From a virus (Duplodnaviria > Heunggongvirae > Uroviricota > Caudoviricetes), in the IMG/VR virus record IMGVR_UViG_3300009165_000005: 64,000 nucleotides of DNA. The stretch is one strand, 5' to 3'. This document shows, piece after piece, positions 53,557 to 63,403 of the stretch. Made by a program: the position numbers and the translations under genes. Below the pieces are notes generated by a model. The model made no database searches. It had not been told where the DNA came from and saw only the letters and a program-made list of their open reading frames with translations. Numbering within the stretch: the stretch's first letter is position 1; the number at the start of each line of letters is the position of its first letter.

Positions 53557-53564
53557 CTAGGTCC

Positions 53565-53849
53565 TCACTTCTTGTCGTAAGCCTCAAAGGTACCCTCTAC
53601 CTCTGTGAGCTGCCTATCATAGTCCTCGAGCATATCCTCCAGCTCCTTCTGGGTCCGATTCCTCTCCTCAACGAGAGTCTTCGCGTTATACCCAGAATCG
53701 CTGATCTCCTTGACCAAAGCGGCCAGTTCTTCCTTCTTCTCTTTTAGAGCACCAGACAGTTCAGACTTGCGACGCAGTATCCGTGAGTGACGCGACAGAA
53801 TGCTGTTGACTTTTTCTTGTAACTTGTCTGGAGTCAAAAGCTGAGACAT
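53565..53849 (-). CDS. Small coiled-coil protein (94 aa)
   Basis: Continuous heptads (LSGALKEKKEELAALVKEI..QKELEDMLEDY..L.EVE); SD GGAGAGGTGG. Confidence 0.7.
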   Translation of the reverse strand: MSQLLTPDKLQEKVNSILSRHSRILRRKSELSGALKEKKEELAALVKEISDSGYNAKTLVEERNRTQKELEDMLEDYDRQLTEVEGTFEAYDKK

Positions 53850-53893
53850 CTAACCACCTCTCCATCCCAGGTCACTGGGCGATCTCGTTAACT

Positions 53894-54859
53894 TCAGTCA
53901 TCGATACCGAGGGCAAGTTCTGTTACACCTTCCGGTAGGTTTAGCCTCGGGCGAGGACGAGATTTCTTCGTCTGCTTCTTCCCATCCTCACATATGGTAG
54001 AGAAAGCGCACAAGTTGCACCCGTAACTGGGTTGAGATGGAAACAACTCCTGTCTGAGGTCACTATATGCCTCAGAGCCCCTGTCGAGATTTCTGAGCCT
54101 ACTCGTAGCTGTATCAATCCTAGTGAGAACCGACAGTACTTCTGCCTTCAGGTTATCCAAGTCACTGGCTGAAAATTCAACCCATTCAATGGCACGTTCA
54201 CCCTTGAATCTCCAGAAAATATACCCCAGACCATCCGGAAGCGTACCTGTGTGTGCTCGGTAAAGCAATCCGTACCACTTCAACTGAGTCCCTTCTATCT
54301 TCTGCCCTGGAGCGAGCTTGTGGCCGTCGACATACTGCTCTCGATGCTTAGAACCCTTCCCATCGAGAATCACCAGATCGTTGAATGGCTTGACCCTTTG
54401 GATAATGAAGTCAGACCTACCCCCAATAATGTACTCTCCGAACTTGAAATCGAGCTTGAACTCGGTATCCATTCGAGAGCCTACGAACCGATTCTCTCGA
54501 ATGGTCTGTACACCAATAGGGATCGTTGCCTCCAGATCTACTAGAATCTCCTGCTTACTATGGTAATTGGAGCCCGCAGCCAACCAATCAACATCTCGCC
54601 CCTTACTCTTGGCCTCGTTGATTGCCATCTCCAAATGGACTGGAGCTAGCTTAAGCAGGCGACCCGAGATATCCTTGTCCCTCCAGATCTGTTGCTTGTA
54701 GAAGGCCTCAAAAACAGTACCAATAGTGGTCCCGTAGAGTGAGTTCACACTATTCTCTGGGACTTTCAACACGGTTCGAATGACGTACTTGTGCCAGTAC
54801 GCATAGGGGCACTTTTCGTACTCCTTGTACCCTGAATACGAGATGTAGTTAGTACTCAT
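53894..54859 (-). CDS. PD-(D/E)XK nuclease, AddB/RecB/Cas4-like, with a probable Fe-S staple
   Basis: ISYS..YEKCPY, GRSDFI..ILDGKG, QLKWY, C-terminal CNLCAFSTIC. Confidence 0.85.
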   Translation of the reverse strand: MSTNYISYSGYKEYEKCPYAYWHKYVIRTVLKVPENSVNSLYGTTIGTVFEAFYKQQIWRDKDISGRLLKLAPVHLEMAINEAKSKGRDVDWLAAGSNYHSKQEILVDLEATIPIGVQTIRENRFVGSRMDTEFKLDFKFGEYIIGGRSDFIIQRVKPFNDLVILDGKGSKHREQYVDGHKLAPGQKIEGTQLKWYGLLYRAHTGTLPDGLGYIFWRFKGERAIEWVEFSASDLDNLKAEVLSVLTRIDTATSRLRNLDRGSEAYSDLRQELFPSQPSYGCNLCAFSTICEDGKKQTKKSRPRPRLNLPEGVTELALGIDD

Positions 54860-55830
54860 CCTACTTCCGCCATTTCTAGGTACCTAAGAGCCTCTTTGCG
54901 GACTTCATCAGCGAAGTCTAGAGATTGAATGTTGACCTCGATGGTCTGGTCTGGATCAACCTCACCCTCAGACACTAAACGCTGGACAAATTGGTCGATA
55001 TCCTGACGCTCACGTTCCTGAACTGCCTTCTTTTCCAAGTCGAAGACATCGGAAGCCGGAGCTACATCCAGCTCGAACAACTTTACCCCCAAGTCACTAC
55101 CCTCGAACTCAATGAGCGCCACCTTCGGAGTACGTTCCAAGTTCTCTCGCACCAAGGCGCCGCGGGACATAGCGCCTTGATTTACGAAGTACTTACCCCC
55201 AACAACCTCGACACCTTGATCCTTGTGCCAATGCCCAAACATGAATACATCGGGACCATTACGACTAACAAGAGACTCATAGGCGAAGACCGGCTCGTTC
55301 CAGAAGTCCTCAACCGAACTTGGAGCTTTCAAAGAAGCCAGAGCATGAACTACGGCTATCAAATACGTGTCCCCCTTGCGCTTCTGAATCCCCATCAGGT
55401 CCGTGAGCGTCAAGTTTGGGTTGTAAGGTACGCCAACTACACGTACCCGAAGGCCCCCATCCTCAAAGACTTTTTCATTGAGTTGCTCAAACACACCACT
55501 TGCGTAAAGAGTCCCAAGAGGCTGTCTCTCGAGAGTATCCATGTTGTTGTATCGAACATCATGATTCCCCGTTGTGACAAGAGTCGGACAAGGATACGCC
55601 CGATGGATCGAGGCGGTCCTTTGCACCAGGTAGTGAGAGTTCTTGGTGGGGGCTTTCACATGAAAGTAGTCCCCTCCATCCAAGACCGCATTTACCTCAT
55701 ACTTTTTGGCTAGCGATCCGACTTGGTCCAAGTTGGACCAAAGCTCTTCAGTGTAGTCAGCCTTCCACGAAATCGGGCTATTGTCAGAGAGGTGTGTATC
55801 GGTTCTGAATAGGAAGGCTAATCTAGGCAT
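54856..55830 (-). CDS. sbcD: SbcD/Mre11 metallophosphoesterase nuclease
   Basis: DTH, GGDYF, GNHD, VH and GHWH motifs. Confidence 0.9.
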   Translation of the reverse strand: MPRLAFLFRTDTHLSDNSPISWKADYTEELWSNLDQVGSLAKKYEVNAVLDGGDYFHVKAPTKNSHYLVQRTASIHRAYPCPTLVTTGNHDVRYNNMDTLERQPLGTLYASGVFEQLNEKVFEDGGLRVRVVGVPYNPNLTLTDLMGIQKRKGDTYLIAVVHALASLKAPSSVEDFWNEPVFAYESLVSRNGPDVFMFGHWHKDQGVEVVGGKYFVNQGAMSRGALVRENLERTPKVALIEFEGSDLGVKLFELDVAPASDVFDLEKKAVQERERQDIDQFVQRLVSEGEVDPDQTIEVNIQSLDFADEVRKEALRYLEMAEVG

Positions 55831-57286
55831 GAGTGTGGTCCAAGGTCAAAGGGCGAACACACGTTGGACATACACCTAGGACCTGGATCTCACTTTCAAG
55901 GGCTCTTTCCTCCGCCTCAACTTGAACTAACTCACTCTCCATAGCATCAATGGCCTTCTGAAGACTCTGTGCTCGAGTCGCGAATCGGGACAAGGTACTC
56001 AACTTTCCTTGCAACCCCTGCAAGGTATCGGCATCTGGGATAGCTACCTTAGCCACCTTGTCTAGAACATCAAACTTTGACTTGATCCCCCGCAACTTCG
56101 AGATCCAAAAATCAAACAATCCAAGCTTCTTAGAGGATTGACTCAAAGTGAGGGTGTCCGGAACCTCCACTTTTTCGACCCACTCTAGAGCTTCCACCTC
56201 GGACTTACGACGAGAGTACTCAGTAGCGAATCTGGACAGTTGGATAACCCTGGAACTTGAGTCTGAGATCGACGTAACATCGGGAACCTTCAACTTGTCG
56301 ACCCACTCCAAACCAGAACACCCAATGTACCTGCGTTGGTACTCTTCCACGAACCAAGCGAGTCTTTCAACCTTGGAGTTCGAACCGGGGATCATTGTGA
56401 CGTCCGGTACCTCTACGTCCTCAACCCACTCCAAGCTAGACACAGCAGAGGATCTACGCGAGTAACCATCAACGAGCTTGGATAGGGCTTCCACTTTAGG
56501 TACTAGCTGATTAATGCCTGCGGTCTCTGGTACCTTGACAGCGGTGACACTAGCCAACCCGCGAATCTTCAATCCAAGGGTAGTGATCTTGGAAATATAC
56601 CCTTTGATGTTGTCCAGACGGCCCCCTACAACTTCAATGGCCTCGAATCGACTCTCAACAGAGGACACCCTCTCGAGAGCTTCATCCAGCCCATCGTAGT
56701 TGCAGAGTCTGATCCTGAGCTTATCCACATCCCCTTCTCGAACCTTCTTAGTGGACTGAGCCTCTCGGCGATCCTTCTCAACCAACTTGGTAGCCTTGTT
56801 GATCCGGGTTAGCTTGGAGACATCAGAGATAGTCTCAGCGGCTACTCCTCCAGACTGATCCAAGAGAAAGATCGGATAGAACTGATCTGAAATTTGGATA
56901 CAACCAGACTCATCTCCTACTTTGACAGGAGCCACTCCGTTCAGCTTCAGGAACTCTGGGATCCCTTTCCCAGGATGGTCGTACTCATCTCCATTGAAGA
57001 CATAGCGATTCACTGAATCACCCTTCTCCCAGAGTAGATCAAAACTCTCAGTGACTATGTGCACTGAAGAAAAGCACTTGCACGTCTTCACCCCTCGAAG
57101 GGTACGAGCGCAGTCCGGACCGTGCCTGACAAAGCTCATCCCCTCAGCATTGGTGAGAGCATACTTCAGAGCTCTCACCAATGCACTTTTTCCAATATTG
57201 CTTCGGCCAACGATGACTGTAAACCCATCGATGACGAACTTGACGTCCTCGGCAGATTGGAAGCCCTTGACCTCAATGTGAATCAT
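55823..57286 (-). CDS. sbcC: SbcC/Rad50 N-terminal half ending in the zinc hook
   Basis: IEVKGFQS, Walker A GRSNIGKS, DQFYPIFLL, long arm, terminal CPTC; no Walker B or signature motif. Confidence 0.85.
   Translation of the reverse strand: MIHIEVKGFQSAEDVKFVIDGFTVIVGRSNIGKSALVRALKYALTNAEGMSFVRHGPDCARTLRGVKTCKCFSSVHIVTESFDLLWEKGDSVNRYVFNGDEYDHPGKGIPEFLKLNGVAPVKVGDESGCIQISDQFYPIFLLDQSGGVAAETISDVSKLTRINKATKLVEKDRREAQSTKKVREGDVDKLRIRLCNYDGLDEALERVSSVESRFEAIEVVGGRLDNIKGYISKITTLGLKIRGLASVTAVKVPETAGINQLVPKVEALSKLVDGYSRRSSAVSSLEWVEDVEVPDVTMIPGSNSKVERLAWFVEEYQRRYIGCSGLEWVDKLKVPDVTSISDSSSRVIQLSRFATEYSRRKSEVEALEWVEKVEVPDTLTLSQSSKKLGLFDFWISKLRGIKSKFDVLDKVAKVAIPDADTLQGLQGKLSTLSRFATRAQSLQKAIDAMESELVQVEAEERALESEIQVLGVCPTCVRPLTLDHTHA
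55934..56548 (-). repeat. Five 41-aa repeats in the SbcC N-half arm
   Basis: ..V.VPD...I....SKV..L..F..EY.RR...L.WV, repeated at 41-aa periodicity. Confidence 0.8.
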
Positions 57287-58503
57287 TACGCCTCTGCGAT
57301 GATCTCTTCCGTTGATGAATCCGAAGACTCATCGAACAGAGTATCATCATCGAGCTCCTGTCGCATGTCGGACACGATATCCTCGTCATCAACCTCGGAG
57401 ATCACAGTTGGAGCCTCCGAGAGTAACGTCTTCATCACGTCATCCCGAAGTTGCTCGAAGGCCTTGGGGTTGTTGATCAGATAGTTACGTAGCTTGTCCC
57501 GACCTTTGAAGGATTCACCTCCAAAATCATAAGCTGCACCTCTCTTGACCACAATCTTACGTGGTACAGCAGCTTCGACCAGAGACAAATACTCATCAAC
57601 CCCCAATCCGTAACGGATGAAGATCTCCCCTGTATGACCTTGTTTCCCGTCCATCCTGTTCTTAACAGCCTTGACCTGGACGACGTTTCCGTACGGAATC
57701 TTCTTCTTCTGCAGAGTAATTGGGTCAACCTTCTCGACAAACTCAGACTTGATTCGAGTAAGCTTCAACCGTAAGCTTGCATAGAACTTAACCGCTTTCC
57801 CGCCCGCCGTATTGTCATCCGTTGGGCCATAACTAGCCTTCGAGATGTTAGCTCGAACCTGATTGAGGAAGATGACGCCCGTTGGACTACCCTTTAGCCA
57901 CTGGGTCATCTTCGGGAGCACATTACTCATAGCTCGAGCTAGGATACCAATGGCTGCTGCGTCATCGAGCTTCTTCTCCAGTTCAGCCTTGGGAACCATC
58001 GCTGCCACCGAATCGATCACCACCAAACCAACCCCCTGGCGAATGGCAATGTACAGCATCTTCATACCCTCCTCGAAGGTAGTGGGTGCAAACATCGTCA
58101 AATAGTCTTCGGCAAAGCTGACTCCAATTGACCGAGCATACCCATGGTGGATGGCATTCTCATAGTCCAGATAGAGAACCCCTTGCCGAGCCTTCTGTAC
58201 CTGAACCGCGGCAGCAAGGGCGAGAGTGGTTTTCCCACTTGACTCAGCACCATAGATCTCAGTGATACGTCCACGAGGGTATCCAGGGCAGACAAACCCA
58301 GATCCATCTAGAAGAGGGGTTCCCCCAATCAGGTTATCGATTGAGATAGCCCCTGTTGGAATGTAAGGGAAAGAACCATTCCGGACTCCAATCGGGTCTT
58401 GATCCGTAGCCTTCTTGATGTAAGCCCTCGTGGCGGCCATCATTTCCTTACGCTTCGCGTCAACGTCATCCACAGGGGTTTGAACACTTTTCTTAGCTGC
58501 CAT
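57286..58503 (-). CDS. recA: Recombinase RecA
   Basis: IPTGAISIDNLIG, GYPRGRITEIYGAESSGKTT, LVVIDSVAA, IFLNQVR, GGKAVKFYASLRL, VKNR; acidic tail. Confidence 0.97.
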   Translation of the reverse strand: MAAKKSVQTPVDDVDAKRKEMMAATRAYIKKATDQDPIGVRNGSFPYIPTGAISIDNLIGGTPLLDGSGFVCPGYPRGRITEIYGAESSGKTTLALAAAVQVQKARQGVLYLDYENAIHHGYARSIGVSFAEDYLTMFAPTTFEEGMKMLYIAIRQGVGLVVIDSVAAMVPKAELEKKLDDAAAIGILARAMSNVLPKMTQWLKGSPTGVIFLNQVRANISKASYGPTDDNTAGGKAVKFYASLRLKLTRIKSEFVEKVDPITLQKKKIPYGNVVQVKAVKNRMDGKQGHTGEIFIRYGLGVDEYLSLVEAAVPRKIVVKRGAAYDFGGESFKGRDKLRNYLINNPKAFEQLRDDVMKTLLSEAPTVISEVDDEDIVSDMRQELDDDTLFDESSDSSTEEIIAEA

Positions 58504-58505
58504 GT

Positions 58506-59168
58506 CTACTCCAATGCTGAGAACCTGAAGAATCTATCGTTTTCCCTGAACAAGGTTCCATATTTATAGGTTTCCCCAGAACGAACACCCCTAGAGAATG
58601 TGTGTTCCCCTAAGAATGTGTGTTTTTCAGAGGGGATGAGTACATCCTCATCGATCTCACCCTCCAACAATAGCCAGAACCTAGCTGCGAACCTCGCAAC
58701 ATTGTAGGCGTCTGCCTCGTCGTTGTTCCAACGAGAGATGCCCGTGTCCGCCTTGGCCATCATAACCATGTCGGCTTTAAACATTTTCCCCTTGCGAATA
58801 GAGGGATCCTCCTTGGCAAGGGACTTCACTGTCAGAGGATCGAAATACACCACATCTTTCCGATTGGTATATAGCGCCTCATTTATGTAGAGAAACAAGC
58901 CATAGAGCCCCTCCGAATACTCTTCACCAAACGGAGGAGACTCTACTCCAACAATCTTGATTTCAGGGTAATCAAGCAGTAAGTCGTTAACACACGAGCG
59001 GAGACCCATGTACCGACCTACGAACACCATATCGGAAGGACTCGAGAACCTACCCTTATCTATCACACGATCCTTCCCCTTAGCCCAGGGATCGTGCACG
59101 CACCAACCCATCGCCGACAAAGATGGATCTAACCCAAGAGCGTACATTAGGCACACCCATACTCCCAC
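58506..59168 (-). CDS. ruvC: RuvC-like Holliday junction resolvase
   Basis: LGLDPSL..MGW, VGVE, K..M, NDEADA; start may be the ATG at 59147. Confidence 0.7.
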   Translation of the reverse strand: MGVWVCLMYALGLDPSLSAMGWCVHDPWAKGKDRVIDKGRFSSPSDMVFVGRYMGLRSCVNDLLLDYPEIKIVGVESPPFGEEYSEGLYGLFLYINEALYTNRKDVVYFDPLTVKSLAKEDPSIRKGKMFKADMVMMAKADTGISRWNNDEADAYNVARFAARFWLLLEGEIDEDVLIPSEKHTFLGEHTFSRGVRSGETYKYGTLFRENDRFFRFSALE

Positions 59169-59197
59169 GTAACTGTAATTCAGCTACGTAACAAGCT

Positions 59198-59231
59198 AAA
59201 AGCAGGTAGGGGTACCTGAATACCCCTACCT
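59198..59231 (-). terminator. Rho-independent terminator
   Basis: AGGTAGGGGTA-TTCAGG-TACCCCTACCT 11-bp stem followed by GCTTTT. Confidence 0.8.
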
Positions 59232-59247
59232 CAACCACTCGCTTGAA

Positions 59248-60117
59248 TCAGACGTTACCGAGGACTCCAGAGAAGTCTTCGTCCGTGAGATCAGACCCAA
59301 CAGATACGGTACCGCCACTTGGAGTCATGCCAAGCTTCTCGCGCAACTCATCCGTGGTCAACTGGCGGAACGGATTCAGCTTCGAGTACAGAGCATAGGC
59401 TTTCTCGAGCACCAACTTCTTAAAGTTCTCGTTCTTCAGGTAGACTGCGGATCCAGCCTGAGTAACAGTGTTCTTCTGATAGTTGGTGTCCCCGCAGGTC
59501 AGGTTGAGATCGATCTGTGAGATCGACGAACCATCACTCACGAGACCCTTGTTCATTCGACGAAAGTTTCCGTACATCTCTGGGGTGGTTCTCCAAGGCA
59601 TCACCCTCCAGTGCTTAGAGAGACGATCCTTGTCGATCTCACCTTCACGATCGGTCGGATACCAAAGGACCACAGTGATCACATAGTCCTTACGATCCCC
59701 AACCTTAGCCCAAATCTTCTCCTCAGCAGGCGTCAACCCCTTCGGCCAAGCAATGTATCCGAGACCATCTTTGAAGAGTCCAGAAGCCGTCCGAAACCTG
59801 GCTTCCCGAGTATCAAGTAGGTCAACAGGCTCGAGCATGTCAACAGACTTATTCAGTTTCTGGGCGATGTTGGCTCGGATCTTCTTGATCACTGCTCGCT
59901 GTTGCTCAGCGGACAACTCTGGCTTCTCTTTGAGAAGATTCCGAAGCTGAATTGCTTCAAAGGTGTTGAAGTATATGAGGGCAATTCGATCCGTTCGCCC
60001 CTTCTCACCCTTATACCAATCGAGCTTGTTGGATTGAACTCGATTCTTGTCCTCGTCACCAAGGCCAATATCCTCGTTAACGTCGGGAATCTCGATCTCA
60101 AGATCTTCATCACTCAT
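59248..60117 (-). CDS. Putative single-stranded DNA-binding protein (gp32-like)
   Basis: WYKGEKGRTDRI, VLWYPTD..G, WRVMPW, DLNLTC.D..YQK, TDELREKLG and acidic termini; own terminator; beside RecA and RuvC. Confidence 0.5.
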   Translation of the reverse strand: MSDEDLEIEIPDVNEDIGLGDEDKNRVQSNKLDWYKGEKGRTDRIALIYFNTFEAIQLRNLLKEKPELSAEQQRAVIKKIRANIAQKLNKSVDMLEPVDLLDTREARFRTASGLFKDGLGYIAWPKGLTPAEEKIWAKVGDRKDYVITVVLWYPTDREGEIDKDRLSKHWRVMPWRTTPEMYGNFRRMNKGLVSDGSSISQIDLNLTCGDTNYQKNTVTQAGSAVYLKNENFKKLVLEKAYALYSKLNPFRQLTTDELREKLGMTPSGGTVSVGSDLTDEDFSGVLGNV

Positions 60118-60292
60118 GACTTATTTCCTTTGCTTGCAATTGACATGGCCCCAGATACGAAACACGGTAGAGCTGGGTCACCTGGTCGGTGCTTGAACGC
60201 GGTACGCCATAGGACAGGATAGTGTCACCACGGACGGATCAGGTCAGTGACGTACCAGTAGAGTGATACACCAATAGATGATGCGTCTCGAC

Positions 60293-61216
60293 TCAGAGGT
60301 TACTGAGGATGTCGTTGAAGTCCAGATCTACGTCTTCTAGCTTTACCTTTGGAGAGGCATCACCAGAACCTTTGGGTTTCTTGGTAGATGCCTTCTTAGG
60401 GGGCGAGTCACCCTCCAAAAAACCAGCTAAATCTTCCTCAGTCACTGGGCTTGGTGCTGGCTCCAATGTTGTTGCCTGAGGTACCCCGTCTGAAACCACT
60501 GGCTCTGAGTTGGAGTTCTGAGTAGGGGGCTTATCTGCCACAGGCTTTACCTCAGTTTCGAACTCCCCATCCTCGATGCTAGCTAATGCCGCTAATAGAT
60601 CAGGGTCTTCCTCTTCGACCTTTGATTTCTGTACAAGAGGGATGGTACCCTTCATCAAGTTGTCCAGCTCATTCTCGTTGATCTCGTGGCTGGTTTGAGG
60701 TGATGGAGAGGGCGGAGTACTCCCATTAATTGGAGTCTCATCTCCGTATCCGGCACCAGAGTTTCTGTCGGAAAACAACAGGCTTCGTTGAACCTTGATC
60801 TCTTGGGAGGTTCGAATCAACTCGTCATGAATCATCTTTACAGCCTTATCGACCGTATCGATATCAAGGAGGTCTAGCTTCAGAACAGAGATCCGATTGA
60901 TCTGCTGACGAAGCATAGTGTTAGCGATGGCTTCCCGATCAGCTATGTTGGAGCCTCGTCTCACCGTGTCATTTCCAGCCAACAGACTAGACTTTTCTAT
61001 CGAGAGAGAGGTCTCCTCCCCAGCAATCTGAACCATCAGATTTCGCTTTTTCTGATTCAGTTGGACCCGAATCAAAGCGACTCTGTTCAGGTGATTTCGG
61101 CATCTAGAAGTAACCGATTGAATGTACCTAGCTCCAAGTATCGTTGGATCAGGCTCCAATTCGATCCGAAGCTCTGAAATCTCGCTATACAACCGATCAA
61201 CGTAACTCTGTTCCAC
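60293..61216 (-). CDS. Coiled-coil protein with an acidic tail, possible UvsY-like recombination mediator
   Basis: Helical N-terminal ~160 aa (REAIANTML..LKLDL..V..I.DEL..IKVQ), disordered acidic C-terminus; function inferred from context only. Confidence 0.35.
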   Translation of the reverse strand: MEQSYVDRLYSEISELRIELEPDPTILGARYIQSVTSRCRNHLNRVALIRVQLNQKKRNLMVQIAGEETSLSIEKSSLLAGNDTVRRGSNIADREAIANTMLRQQINRISVLKLDLLDIDTVDKAVKMIHDELIRTSQEIKVQRSLLFSDRNSGAGYGDETPINGSTPPSPSPQTSHEINENELDNLMKGTIPLVQKSKVEEEDPDLLAALASIEDGEFETEVKPVADKPPTQNSNSEPVVSDGVPQATTLEPAPSPVTEEDLAGFLEGDSPPKKASTKKPKGSGDASPKVKLEDVDLDFNDILSNL

Positions 61217-63403
61217 TCACTCAATTACACCAGACCCAATAGCCTTCATGATGGCTTTACCAAATCCAGTGTTTCTAGCTATCACCTTGTCATTGTCGAT
61301 GGCCTTCTGCACAGCACCACGATCTCCAAGGACCCAAACCCGCTTCTTTGCTCTTGTAACCGCCGTGTAGAACAGATTTCGTTGAAGCATGCGACCATGC
61401 TCTCGAACCATCGGCAAAATGATAGTATCATGCTCACTGCCTTGGCATTTATGCACAGTTATCGCATAGGCCAGACGTAACTTCTGAGGGACGTCATTTC
61501 TAGGGACGTCCACGTTAGCATCCAAACCACTCTCCCCAATGCCATGAACACGGACCCTCAAGTAGTCAGCATGAATCTCTACCAGCTTCCCCATATCCCC
61601 GTTGTAGATCCCAAGCTTGTAGTCATTCTTGATGACCATCAAGCGGTCCCCTACTCGGAAGCGAAGCTTCCCAATGACTACTTCCATCTTGCCAGGCCCG
61701 AGTGGGTTCAGTACCTCGCGTAGTCGTTCATTCAGGTTGGTAACCCCAACAATCCCATCGTACTTCGGTGACAAGACCTGGAAGTTGGCATCTCGAGCCT
61801 TAAGCTTCTCGGCCATCTTCAAAATCAAGTCCACTATCCTGGAATCATCCAGAGAGACAAACCTGAAGTCCGAGTTCTCATCACCAGTCAGGATCGACTC
61901 CCCTCGATTGATTCGATGCGAGTTGACCACAATCTCGCTCTGTTGAGCCTGACGAAAGATTTGGGTCAACCTGACTGTAGGGATAGCCGGGCACCGTACC
62001 AAGTCCCTCAGAACGCTTCCTGGGCCCACAGAGGGCAACTGGGCATCGTCCCCGACAAGGACCAGAATGGTTCTTTCCTCCAAAGAGCTAACCACCCTAA
62101 AGAACAACTCCTGATCCAACATTGACATTTCGTCAATGATAACTGCCCCTACTGGGAACTTGTTCCACTCATTGTAATACCACTCCTCTCCGTTGAACCG
62201 AAAGGTACGATGAACCGTAGCAGCCTCGTGACCCGTCACCATGGCCACTCGCTTTGCGGCAATCCCTGTCGGAGCCATCAACTGGAAGCTAACGCCAGCC
62301 TTCTTGAAGAGTTCGACGAAGGTCTTAAGGACAGTTGTTTTTCCAGTTCCGGGGCCACCAGTAAGCACAAGCACCCTATTGCTGATCAGCTTATTAACAG
62401 CATCCTGCTGAGCGTCAGACAATTGAATCTGATGAGTGTTTTCGTAGGTCTCTAGAAACTCCTTTAGATCAATCTCGAGGCTCAAGGGGGTTCGGAATCT
62501 GGCTAAACACTCAGCGGATCTTCGTTCGAAGTTGTACAGGATAGGTAGGTAAACGCCAACATCCGGATCAATGAACACCTTCCCCTTGGACTCCAATCGA
62601 GCCGTAGCGTCCATCAAATCTCGAGCTAGATCTTGACTTCCAAAAGTTTCAGCCTCGGCCTTGAGCGACTCTCGGAGATTCATTGCTAGGTCCCCTCTCC
62701 GAACGCACAAGTGACCTGCCTGGGAAGCCTCCCGTAGAACCCATAGTACTGCACCCTCAAACCGACGAGGGTCGGTCTTAGGGACACCGCGGGATTCAGC
62801 AACGTCATCCACCTTGCTGAACTCGAAACCCTCAACTTCCAACAGGCTATAGGGGTTGTCTGAGATGATCCTGCGGGATTCCGAACCGAAAGCGTTGAAC
62901 AAAGCCTTCATCTGCTCAGAAGTCACATCGTGGTCAGCAAGAAGGGAGGACAACTCGGAACTAGTGACCGCTTCAATCCATGCATTCGTAAGAGAACCTA
63001 TGGTTGACTCATCGAACCCCTGAACTTCGGAGAGCCGCTTTGGGTCCTCAGAGAGAACTCGAAAGGTGTCAATTCCAAAGGTGTCAACCAAGTCACCTAT
63101 CTTGGATTCATCTAAGATCCCAAGACAATGACGGAGGAAGTTCTCTACTCCGACCTCAGACATCGCCCAGGGACCCCACCCATTGAAGTCGAATTGCTTT
63201 CCGAACTTTGAGTGTTGGGACCATTTGCCGAAGAGCTCGAGAGGTACTCCAGGTACGACACCTTGAATCCCGAAGAAGCGCCCCTTGCAAACAATCTTCC
63301 GATCCAAATGCGAAGACTCGGCTCTCGATGGTTCTACAGTCAAAATGTAGAAGTCCTCGGCCTTGTGAATGACCCCGGTGACTAGGACTCTCAATGATAT
63401 CAT
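61217..63403 (-). CDS. recD2: RecD2-like SF1B helicase
   Basis: TGGPGTGKTT, IIDEMSM, VGDDAQLPSVGPG, LTQIFRQ, YAITVHKCQGSE, YTAVTRAK; N-terminal HhH domain. Start at 63403 by ATGA overlap. Confidence 0.93.
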   Translation of the reverse strand: MISLRVLVTGVIHKAEDFYILTVEPSRAESSHLDRKIVCKGRFFGIQGVVPGVPLELFGKWSQHSKFGKQFDFNGWGPWAMSEVGVENFLRHCLGILDESKIGDLVDTFGIDTFRVLSEDPKRLSEVQGFDESTIGSLTNAWIEAVTSSELSSLLADHDVTSEQMKALFNAFGSESRRIISDNPYSLLEVEGFEFSKVDDVAESRGVPKTDPRRFEGAVLWVLREASQAGHLCVRRGDLAMNLRESLKAEAETFGSQDLARDLMDATARLESKGKVFIDPDVGVYLPILYNFERRSAECLARFRTPLSLEIDLKEFLETYENTHQIQLSDAQQDAVNKLISNRVLVLTGGPGTGKTTVLKTFVELFKKAGVSFQLMAPTGIAAKRVAMVTGHEAATVHRTFRFNGEEWYYNEWNKFPVGAVIIDEMSMLDQELFFRVVSSLEERTILVLVGDDAQLPSVGPGSVLRDLVRCPAIPTVRLTQIFRQAQQSEIVVNSHRINRGESILTGDENSDFRFVSLDDSRIVDLILKMAEKLKARDANFQVLSPKYDGIVGVTNLNERLREVLNPLGPGKMEVVIGKLRFRVGDRLMVIKNDYKLGIYNGDMGKLVEIHADYLRVRVHGIGESGLDANVDVPRNDVPQKLRLAYAITVHKCQGSEHDTIILPMVREHGRMLQRNLFYTAVTRAKKRVWVLGDRGAVQKAIDNDKVIARNTGFGKAIMKAIGSGVIE

